A stretch of 63,935 bases of DNA, filler included, from Lenisia limosa (taxonomy: Eukaryota > Protista > Breviatea), in the NCBI GenBank assembly GCA_001655205.1. It is 18 parts of 18 records of this genome, joined end to end, with 100 filler letters (N's around TTAATTAATTAA, not from the genome) between each part and the next. Parts side by side here need not be neighbours in the genome. Positions count along the whole stretch, not along the records: positions 1 to 3,841 come from LPNZ01008041.1; positions 3,942 to 10,505 come from LPNZ01010014.1; positions 10,606 to 13,525 come from LPNZ01000247.1; 15 more parts are not named here. One strand, given 5' to 3'. Position numbers and translations under genes: made by a program. The notes beneath the pieces are model-generated. The model searched no databases and had not been told where the DNA came from. It worked only from the letters and a program-made list of their open reading frames with translations. This document shows positions 1-10,618 of the stretch, piece by piece (positions within the stretch are counted from its first letter, which is position 1; each line of letters starts with the position of its first letter).

Positions 1-53
1 GCATTTGGATAGAGTTCCTTTCTAGTATTTGCTGGTGACACTGACCACCTCAG

Positions 54-3000
54 ATCCTCCCTCTCATCACTGCGTTTGCGACGTCCCTTCCAATCCCCTT
101 CATCACCGCTGTTCTTCCAGGCCTTCTGGCCAAGTAAGTCGGGAATGAAATGGAACACTTCACCCAACGCTCTGCCTCCCCCCCCCCCCCCCCCCCCCCC
201 NNNNNNNNNNNNNNNNNNNNNNNNNNNNNNNNNNNNNNNNNNNNNNNNNNNNNNNNNNNNNNNNNNNNNNNNNNNNNNNNNNNNTAACGCCACTGTTCAC
301 CCCACTCCCTCTTCCAGCGGTGATCTCCTGATCAAGGATGGAGAGCTTACCCATGCCGGCCAGATTGCGTACTGCATGTTGGCCCTCCGCCCCCTCCGTA
401 GCTCTGGACCCAAGAGCGTTCCGGCCCTTCTCCCGGCCTGGGTTGCCCAGGTATGCCGATTGCGACATGGCCACTGGGTACATTTTTTTTTTGTTTTGTT
501 TTTTTGTATGTAATATTTTGGAGAGATTATGGGGATACAATGCATTGTGCAGACTTGTCTGTTAACACTGTACATACAACAGTATAATTGCGTATTGGTG
601 CCACAGACTACCCTTGACTCATTCTTGTCCCTGTTAAGCCTTAATGTTTTGTCACCCGAACAGCTCTCGGTCACTTTAGCCAGCCACAAGTGCGGCCATC
701 TGGAGACCCTGCTTTACGAAGGCCTCAAGTCAAGCCGGGCTGTGGGACTCGCGGCTCAGGTGGGGCTCTGAGTTTCGGTGTTTTTTTTTATAATACTGTG
801 CCGTTTGTATGTACTACATACTAAATATAGCAATGAGAAATAAAACAAGGTTGTATCTGGCGGAAGCCGTCAACACCATCACGCTTATAAGAGATATTGG
901 ATTATAGTATATTATTAATTCACCCATCTTTCCACCTTTATTCATCCTCGACATTTCCTTGACCCCCCGTAGGCGTTAGATACTGAATACCTGAACCAGA
1001 CCCAAATCAACCCCACCATGACGAACATTCTGGCGGTTGCTGCCCCGTACTCCCCGAGGGCCGCAAGGTGGGACAGTGCATTGGCTTACCTTTTCAAATG
1101 TGCCATAATACTCCCTTCCTTTTTTGTTCGTCTGATTCTGGATGGGACTATATTCACCCTCCAGGGCTATTGAGCGTCTGTGCGCAGCGACTTGTAAAGA
1201 AGGCGCCAGTGATGCGTCCATCCTGCACCGCAGCAAGCTCCTAGCCCCCGGCCTGGCCGCCCTTCTCACAGCCGGCTGGCCTCTTGATGACGTCACCACC
1301 CTGTGCCGCACCATGGCCAAGGGCTTCGTCAGCGTCATTAAGTTCAACAACCCGAAGAACTGGGCGGAGTACCTCTCTTCCGTCACGTGCCTCAATGGAT
1401 TGGTCCGATTGGTGCTGCCTGTCGACCCTGCCTTAGCTCTCGAGACTGCTGAACTTTGGATGCAGGGGGCTGAGGAGGCCATTTCGAGCGCCTTGAGCCC
1501 ACTTCAGGTTTGCAAGGATTAGCGCAGGTTTTCTGTGAAATAAACGAAGGTGGCGTTGTTTCTTGTCCTGTCTATCTACTATGACTGTTGCCCCCCGATG
1601 CCCTCAAGCCTTAGCCCAAAACATGTGTTCTTATTGTTGTTTTATGTCATCCTGCCGAATCACTTTTTTCATTTAGATGCTTATTTGAACACCGTGCTTT
1701 TCATTTAGATGCTTATTCCATCTTTAATACTCACGCCATTCTCCCTCCATTCTCACTCCGCAGTCAACCGTTGACACCACTCCTGTCTATCAGCGCAGGC
1801 AATCGAAAGAGGACTACCTTCAGGCTAAGAAGGAGCGGGAAGACGCCAGAGAGGAGGTATGCATAGGATGATTGGTTGTATGGGTATGTCATGAAGAGAA
1901 GAGGACATTGGTGAAGCTCTTGCCATATGGCGTACTAACACGGCGTTGTTTGACGCTTTTAGGCCCTTTCAAGCGAACGTGTCATTGTACTCAGTCAGGC
2001 TCTTGTGGACTCTCTCACAATCATCGGACAAAGTGCTTCGTGGGGGGGGGGGGNNNNNNNNNNNNNNNNNNNNNNNNNNNNNNNNNNNNNNNNNNNNNNN
2101 NNNNNNNNNNNNNNNNNNNNNNNNNNNNNNNNNNNNNNNNNNNNNNNNNNNNNNNATCATTGAGATCTCGCATGGCGCGCGCATTGTGGCGCGGAGCGTG
2201 TGAAGGCACTTCTTCCATCATCGGAACTGAACTGCCAGCCACCTTCCAAATGAAGGGCGGAATCAAGGCTAAGAGCACCCCCGGGCTGATCCTTCTGAGT
2301 GGGGCGGGGGTAATGATAGCTTTATTTCACGTTTTTCTTGTATACCAACGATACGCAGATTTTTGAGTAATTGTTTTAGACCGCGTCACGTCATACAACT
2401 GGTTGACTGCTGAGGATTTCGAGGCCCTCAAGGACGATTTACCTAAGGTAAGATAGGCATCGTCTGTAAAGGGGTTCGGATGAAGCTATTAGCTTTTTTT
2501 TTTGATAAGTCCGGTTCAAACCCACCAAAATGTTAAACCAGCATTACCCTGTTTGGTAATCCCTCCCTTTGCCCGTTGTTCCTCCCTCAGCCNNNNNNNN
2601 NNNNNNNNNNNNNNNNNNNNNNNNNNNNNNNNNNNNNNNNNNNNNNNNNNNNNNNNNNNNNNNNNNNNNNNNNNNNNNNNNNNNNNNCCTTGGTACACTG
2701 TCTCGCGTCCCTCATCGAATCCGCCCTCAAGCTCGAAGCTGTACAAGGGGTATCTTTTTGCCGCTTATGAACCGTGTAGCCCCCAGAAACTACACTTTAA
2801 TATCTCCTACCGCCCTCCACAGGGTAAACCAATATGACACCCCAGGTTCCGGACCTCTTTAACCCGATGGCGCTGTCGGAAGCCCTCATTGCCCACCCCT
2901 GGGCGATTGGCCTTGGAGTAGTGCGCAGCAGGACCATGGAAGGCGACGTGGAGTCCACTGTAGGATGGTCTTCCTCTCTTCATAATTCTGAGAGTATGAT

Positions 3001-3724
3001 ATAGCATATAATACTAACATGTAAACTTGGAAGTAAAACACCACAGTTAGGGCTTCACTTCGGTTCGAAAAAAGACTGAATGGCTAGATAAATCCTCGAT
3101 AATTATTGATATTTTACCGGTATTTTTCGAACCTAACAATTCCCTCCATTGCCATGATTCCACAGCACATTCTGCGCCCCCAACGCCTTGCAATGGCGTG
3201 TCTGCTGGCGGCTCTGTCGTCGTGCGAGGCCTCTATTGAGGTATGAGGCCATGATCGTGTCAGTAGACTGGCTTTTGGGGATGAAAACGTCTTGATTATA
3301 GCAGTTTGTGTTCTGTGTACAGAGTCGGTTGTAAGGCAAATGATTGGAAATGTATTATTATTTATTATCAAAAATTCAATGAATAACTAGTCAAAAGAGT
3401 TAATTTTGGGCTTCCTTCCTTTTCTTTTCAATTGTTCATTTTTACACCTCCACAGTTGCCGATCGGTTTACTCAAGGCCGCCCTTGTGAGTTACGGTAAG
3501 CCCGGATATTGGGGTATAAATCGCCCATTCAGTCACCAAAAACAGAGGGGAAATGCTTCAGCAGAATAATAACAAACAACGCTTTTCACAATGTAACCCC
3601 TATCACAATATTAATCGTATCACAATGTAGACCCCCCCTCTAGCCCGTTCACAGTGTTAACTATTCAGACGCGTCTCTTTCGGATACCGATCAGCTCCTC
3701 CTATCGGTTATCAGAAGATTCGAG
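54..3724 (+). CDS. Multi-exon gene (about 13 exons), large alpha-helical protein of unknown function, partial
   Basis: GT-AG bounded open exons, e.g. ILPLITAFATSLPIPFITAVLPGLLA, GDLLIKDGELTHAGQIAYCMLALRPL, AIERLCAATCKEG...SALSPLQ, VPDLFNPMALSEALIAHPWAIG; no family motif recognised. Confidence 0.75.
829..926 (+). repeat. Family C copy
   Basis: AGCAATGAG...GTATCTGGCGGAAGCCGTCAACACCATCACGCTTATA...ATTCACCC. Confidence 0.8.
3050..3133. mobile_element. MITE family A copy (right TIR truncated)
   Basis: TA-GGGCTTCACTTCGGTTCGAAAAAAGAC...TTTTTCGAACC; intronic. Confidence 0.8.
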
Positions 3725-4023
3725 GTGTGTTTGGAGGGGTGAGGGAGACTGTAAGCTATGTGATATTCTGTTATTTCGGCTGCCTTTCAAAAATCCCCCG
3801 TTGAACTATAAAAATGGTCGTTTACTCCCCCCCCCCCCCCCNNNNNNNNNNNNNNNNNNNNNNNNNNNNNNNNNNNNNNNNNNNNTTAATTAATTAANNN
3901 NNNNNNNNNNNNNNNNNNNNNNNNNNNNNNNNNNNNNNNNNGCTAGTGTGTGTGTGGTGTCTGAATCCTGTTGACCATATGACAGTTCAGGTTTCGGACC
4001 CGCCCTTCTTGCCTTCACCTCAG

Positions 4024-5896
4024 ACCTTGCGTCGTTCGAAGACGCCGACCTCCCCGCCGTCCTCTCCATGTCCCTAGGCTCTGTCGGATGGTGAGGACTG
4101 TCGTTACCTTCGAAACACTGGGTTTTTTTAAAAAAGATACAGGTTCTGTTATTGTAATTAGGTTTGGGTGATTCTCACTCGCTAAATACCTGGTAAAGTT
4201 CACGATATAGGAAGGGCTGCTCTTTGATGTGCGAAGAGGTTGCGAAGTCCTCGTCAGTTTCCTATGAAACGTGCCTTAACTATGCCTCTAAGCAACGCCA
4301 GGTTGGGATGGGGATGATAATAATAGTAATAATTTGCCATCCTTTTATAACCGAAAAGGTGTGCATGTACGAAGACGAGATTCTGACTACCCGCATCAAT
4401 GCCGAGTTCCTCAAGCTTGCCGCTAGACGTATGTTTGTTAGTCCTCTGCCTCTTCATGCTTTTCTATCTCACACTCTATCTCTATGATACCCATCGTTTT
4501 CATCATACAATCCCCTCAGTTCTTAGGTGTCACTGTTCTCGGAGCTACTGGTGACGGCGGATCCCATTTCTCCTTCATCAAGTGAGTCATTTAATGACAA
4601 CTCAGATCCGCTTATTTTCAATACTATGTTGTATTAAAGTGACTCTTTGCCAGATGCCTTTTTTCTTCCTTCATTCCACATTTATTACCCCACTTAATAC
4701 CAATATGAACATACTCCTCCACCCTCTTGTTCTGTTTATGTTACACCCCAGGTTCCCCGAAGAGCCCATCGGTCACGAGCTCAATGAAGCCGCTTGCAAG
4801 GTCTGCCTCAGCCTGCGGATTGTCATCTTGAAATACCTTGTTTAAACACAGGGAGTCTTGTGTTTCTTACATCTTCAGCTGAACCTTCCCACTTTCCCTG
4901 CTGAGTCCCCATGGGTTACTGGTGTTGGTGTATGTGGGGCAACGCTCAGATTAACTTTTCCTGTTTCTGCATAACGCCAAGTTTTTTGTCAAGCACCCCG
5001 TTCACACAGTCCCCTAGGGAATTGAAGCGCATCTCATCAACAACGCCACGACCCTGAAGGCCTGGAACCCCACTGGAGCCGGCTTCTCATGGCAGTTCGA
5101 GCGCCACCCTTACGCCGACTACGCGGTCAACAACCACACTCGTCAGGCCAACATGCCCCCTGCCGGTACGGGTCAACCTTACTTATGATGATATTGATCC
5201 TCCTGAGGGGTGTTGTTGCAGACCCTCACCACGCAGACGCCTACGCCGCCAGTGGCCGTGCTTACCCCGATATTGCTGGATTCGCGGAGAACGTCCCCAT
5301 GTATTTCTGCGTTGGGGGGATGACGAATTGGCAATGGCGGCTTGGATTCATCAAGGAAAAGTGTTCACGATCTAGGATCGCCTTCTTCATTCTGGTGGCA
5401 CCTCCGCCTCCACCCCGGCTGTGGCTGGACTCTTCAGTGCTCTCAACAACCAGAGAGCCGCCCTGAACAAGGTAAAAGAGGATAACACCTTTCACTCACA
5501 AGCAACTAACTCCCTTGTCTTACCTTGAAATGGTTTTTATTGTTCCACTTGGAATGATGCACGTAGCCTAGCCTGGGATTCCTCAACCCCGGGCTGTACT
5601 ACCTCGCCTCGACCGAGGAGAGCTACCAGAAGCACTTCACTGACATTACTGACGGTCACTCCAATTGTGATGTTCGTGGTAAGTGGGCCAATTGAGGAAA
5701 TAATGTCAAACTCGGCCACACCCTCACCCTTTAGACTCATGCTGTGACAACGGCTTTGAAGGCAGCAAGGGATGGGACCCTATCACCGGACTTGGTAAGC
5801 TTATGACTCTGAAATGGTTACCACCCCATTGTGCTATCTGACCACTAAGGCGTCCCCCGCTACAACGAGCTCCTTAAGACGGTGGTCGAGTGGTAA
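4024..5896 (+). CDS. Peptidase S53 (sedolisin / tripeptidyl-peptidase I / physarolisin-like), C-terminal catalytic part, 5' truncated
   Basis: Spliced exons give VLSMSLG, INAEFLKLAARRVTVLGATGDGG (oxyanion Asp), FPAESPWVTGVG, GAGFSWQFERPPY, GRAYPDIA, GGTSASTPAVAG (catalytic Ser), LGFLNPGLY, GWDPITGLG, then TAA at 5894-5896. Confidence 0.93.
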
Positions 5897-6249
5897 ACTG
5901 AAAATCGTGTCAATGTATTATTCACAAGTGTTGGTGTGTTGTTCTGAAAGGCTTCCAAAACTCTTAAATACATCAGTCGAAACACATTAGCTCCAAGCAC
6001 ATGCGTTGACCTCCTAGAAACCCATCTACAAGATGATTAGGAAAAGTATCTAAAAAAAAAACAAAAAAAAACATATTGAACCACATCGCCAACCCCTTCC
6101 TACCTAAATATACTACATAAACCATGATATGGTGGCGATCACTTAAGAAAGCCACGACATCTGTGCGATTTCCGCTCCCAATCGATGCACTTCACTGTGA
6201 TGGTTAATAGCCTCCAAATGATTTTTTTTTATCTAAACAGCAAAGCGGA

Positions 6250-8300
6250 CGCTTGACTCACCATTCTAACAAGGCAGATCGTGTCTGCTCTTTCAGCAAG
6301 GCATTTAATGATGCTGCAGGAGGGAGCTGATCAAGTGGTCCTCCCTATTGGATGATAACTATTGCCATGTTTGAAAGGAAGGAATAAGGTAATTTAACCG
6401 AACCCCCCACGTGGATTGCCTTGATGGTCATCTCAGGATCCGCCTTAATGAGTCCTAGAAGTGCCTGAGCTTCCACCTTCGAAGCTGGCTGCAGACTGGA
6501 GGAAGGCCGTCAAACGTGACAAGGAAGCGAGAACGCCTGATACTATCTGTCCCCCCCTTGAACAATTTTGGCCTACATCCTGATTCCCACTACAGTGCGA
6601 TGATATTAAACATCGAAACACTAGAATCTCAGCACCCCTGCCATAAGCAGGGGTCAATTCTCGATAAAAACCCGCTAACGGACACGATGTCGGTTCCTCC
6701 CATGTGAGCGGCTGTGAGAATGCTGTGATCACTGCTTCCACCTATGGTATGAAATCGATGAGGATGCGGCAGTCAAGAAACAAGTCGTTCTACTGTCACA
6801 GCGGTCAAGGACACCTTCAAACCCCGTCCCTCACCCACATCATCTTGGCACTCATCAATCAAAGAGTTCATAAAGACCATATGCGGCTCCTTTTCTCCGA
6901 ATCGCGTGCGGTTGGCTGGGACATAATAGTTATGTTATAGTATAAAACGATCTCATAAAAGAAAAGCTGCTTGAACACCCTGAATAGCAACCCCACCAAC
7001 CCATGCACTGAACGGTTTTGGAGACTAGGATCAGACCCCTCTTCATGTTGGCATCCATAGGGAAAGCTGCAGCAATTAATAGAAAAATAGATTCGAAAAA
7101 AGTTTTTCCAATTAAGTATTGGACCAAGTATATGTCCACGACTCCTAGCCTGACCCATACATGCCCAACCATTGGCGTTCAGTCCGTATGCGGAAGGCAT
7201 CAGAATGGCTGGACAAATGAAGCGAAGGAAGAAGAAGCCTCCAACTGCAATAAAGGACTGTTTCGGTAAGTGTGTACCAAGGAAAAGAGATGGGTTAAAA
7301 GTCCAAACATTGAAATGATAAAGAGAAGAAAGTCATCAAACCACATACTGACACTAATTATTATTTCATATAATTATGCAATATCCAATATATCTCTGAA
7401 AAGGGGGATGGTGCGGACGGATTTGCCAGATACTACCTTGCTTTATTACTCATTTCTAAATATTCACCAAGTAATCCCACCTGCTCTGGATAAACCTTTT
7501 GCATTGCCTCGTGAAGATAGAACCCAAGGTATCGAAGCGTTCTAAGGGCAGGTAAATGGGACGACACGACATCTTTGTCTTTAATATCTTCTTATAACAT
7601 GAGACTATTGTGAAGGAAGCGTAATTCAAAGCCAACATAGGAAGGAACTGCATTGAGTTCTTGAGAGACTTGAGGAATACCCTTGTGAGAGCCATGGTGT
7701 GGTGCTGTGACACTTCAATCATAGCATCTGTGTGCTCTCCTTGATCCGACGTGATCTGTTGAGTCGTTATAGCAGATCTTGCATTCAACGCTTGTCTAAG
7801 TAAAAACCAAAGTCCAAACACTCCCGTCTTGCAGCCCTCGGAAGCCCCAACGCCAACATGGTATTTGTAGTGGGCATCAACAAGGAACTGGAACAACGGA
7901 CTCAGGAGTCCCGTGAGGAACTTGGTGCACTCCTCCTTGGCCAAAGTGGACATCATCTTGACAATCATTCAGGAAAGAGTACACAGAATAAAGGATCGCA
8001 ATCAAAAGCAATTCAATCCGAAATCAGCCTACCTTAGATGCCAAAACTGATCCTCTGAAAAGGGTCTCAATAGCCTTGTTTTGTTTAATCCTACACACTC
8101 AATTAGCATTCCACCCTTCACAGCTCTAAACAAAGGAGCAACAAAAAGCCAATACAGCACTCAACAATCCACCAACTCTTCATCAATAGCTCGGCAAGTC
8201 ATGAGAACGTAGGGACAAGTGTCACAAGGTTCTTGAGCCTCACGAATCAAATGATACATTGCTGCAGGTATCAAAACGTTATCAAAAGAAAGGAAGAATC
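6250..8300 (-). mobile_element. Decayed CRE-clade-like non-LTR retrotransposon (RT relic with stops and frameshifts)
   Basis: Minus-strand peptides in RT order: GGMLIECVGLNKTRLLRP (cf. GGRLIALPK..GGVRP), HVGVGASEGCKTGVFGL (cf. QLGVGVPGGCEAIVH), RFDTLGSIF (cf. QGDPLGPLLF), WDYLVNI (cf. AYLDDI); no introns. Confidence 0.6.
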
Positions 8301-9124
8301 CAAAGGAATAAACAAACTACTTTTTGTCAACAGCACGGTTTTAAGGAGAGAACCTTAACATATCTCAACATTGATAGAAATTCAACTCAAAGAAATAAGA
8401 GAGGAGAAAACAAAGCAGTAAAGAACATCCCCCTCCGCGGACCCCATTCAAATTACCTGTGCCTAAATACCCTTAGAGTAGAGAGAAAGAAGATGGAAGC
8501 CCTCAATAGATGGGTTCGGAGTTTCAAGAGGAACAAAAACATGTCCCCGCCCAACAAACCACTTGTTGTTTTTTCAATAATAGACGAAGGTGCGGCATTG
8601 AGGACCGCTGAAGCCACACATTGGTCATTCTCACAAAGAACCTTGGAAAATTACAGTTTGTTGTGGCTCAAACCTCCTTTAAGTCCTTTAGATTGGGTTC
8701 TGAAATAGTGACAAGCTGAGCCTGCAGCCTTAACGCCAGGAAATGGCGACTGATTTCAGCCTAGAGTCATAACGGGATGCTATCATCGGGCTCACCTTTT
8801 TACGGTCCCACTCATCCATACTCGTTTATTATTTAGGTGGAAGATTAAATATAAAATTTATAATTGGGACGGGTTCGGGTGTGTCGGGTCGGGGTCCGCT
8901 TCTATCTGGTCGTTTGATCTGTCATGCGTGTCATATCTCTATAACTCTCAACATTAACATTGAATAAAGACAAATATTTCGTTAATATTTCCCCCAGTAT
9001 CATATCAATATAGTATCAAGTATACGTCAAATATAAGCGCGAATATATGCAAGGCGGAATATACGCATCTCAGAATAGAAGAAGAAACAACAACATGCAT
9101 TAGAACAAGAAACAAATATGAAAA

Positions 9125-10455
9125 CTAATATTGGTGAAGACGAGATGTGGCATTTCTGAGGGTCAGAGCGGCTTCGGGGAGATGGCGCTAAAATGTCAAG
9201 AAAGTCCAAAAGATCAATATGACAGCTATGTTTGACAGAAGAGGAATACCTGGAGGAAGGCAACCTGGCTCTCAATCCACTGCTGCGTGCAGAGGTGGCT
9301 GTTGAGGATGTCGGTACATTGGTTTGTCTAGGTCGGTAAGATTGGATGCAAACAGAAAGCAAAACTCTCCCAGTGTTTATCAGTTGATGGTCAAGTTGCA
9401 CCCACAAGATTTGAAGGGTCCGCCTGAACCTGCTGAGTGTCGTTGAGCCGCGTCACTAGGTCTTCGAGCTTGTTACTCATGCCAGTTAACTGGGCGCGGT
9501 TAAAAAGGGATGCAAAATATTAACAAAACTCAGAAACAGAAGCACATTTTCAATGATTTATTTGATCCCGCTCCCACTTGAGTCCGTAAATCTTCGGCAG
9601 TTTGGAACGTCCTTTCTCGCTCAATATCTGCCGGCTGTTGGGTAAGCCCGTCACCTCAAACGATACCATTTTCGGAAAGATTACCCCCCCCCCNNNNNNN
9701 NNNNNNNNNNNNNNNNNNNNNNNNNNNNNNNNNNNNNNNNNNNNNNNNNNNNNNNNNNNNNNNNNNNNNNNNNNNNNNNNNNNNNAATATCGAGGAGCTA
9801 AACGGTTAAGAAAACTACTCCAGCAAAAACGTGTCATCCCTCATACCTGGCTCAATTCACTCTGTTGCGAGAGCACGAACTCCAGATTGTGATCAACTGA
9901 TCGTTGGGCTTCCTCCAGACTGCGAACTGTGGAGTAGGCCGTTGTGACCTGGGGGGGGGGGNNNNNNNNNNNNNNNNNNNNNNNNNNNNNNNNNNNNNNN
10001 NNNNNNNNNNNNNNNNNNNNNNNNNNNNNNNNNNNNNNNNNNNNNNNNNNNNNNNNNNNNNNNNNNNNNNNNNNNNNNNNNNNNNNNNNNNNNNNNNNNN
10101 NNNNNNNNNNNNNNNACAGCAAAAATGAAAAAAGTTTCGCGAAAGCAAACACAACGATGCCAATAAATAAGGATAAAAAAGCAAAAAGTAAAATAGGATG
10201 TAACAAGACGAAGAAACAGCCGTCAGAAGTTGCATGAATACCTTGTCCATTTGGTCAAAGAGGTAACGGTCAAGCTTCTCCATTTCAACTGCCCGCTTGT
10301 TGAAAGCCTAGGAGGGGGGAGGGGTGAATAGCTATTCCCCAATGTACAAAGTCAATAAACATGGTCCACGCGCACCTTCACTTGGGACTCAATATCGGAG
10401 CTCCAAGAGTGCAGAATGTCCTCCAAAGATTTGTTCTTGAGAGCGGCCTTAACAT
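9125..10455 (-). CDS. NUP62: Nucleoporin Nup62/Nsp1, C-terminal coiled-coil region (5' truncated)
   Basis: Exons KSLEDILHSWSSDIESQVK, FNKRAVEMEKLDRYLFDQMDK, VTTAYSTVRSLEEAQRSVDHNLEFVLSQQSELSQ, ADIERERTFQTAEDLRTQLTGMSNKLEDLVTRLN, ILNSHLCTQQWIESQVAFLQ follow the Nup62/Nsp1_C coiled coils colinearly; TAG at 9125. Confidence 0.88.
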
Positions 10456-10618
10456 CTAAAAGGTCAACAAAACTAGGGGGCCAGCTATTTGCCAATCTGC
10501 ATATCNNNNNNNNNNNNNNNNNNNNNNNNNNNNNNNNNNNNNNNNNNNNTTAATTAATTAANNNNNNNNNNNNNNNNNNNNNNNNNNNNNNNNNNNNNNN
10601 NNNNNCCCCCCCCCCCAG

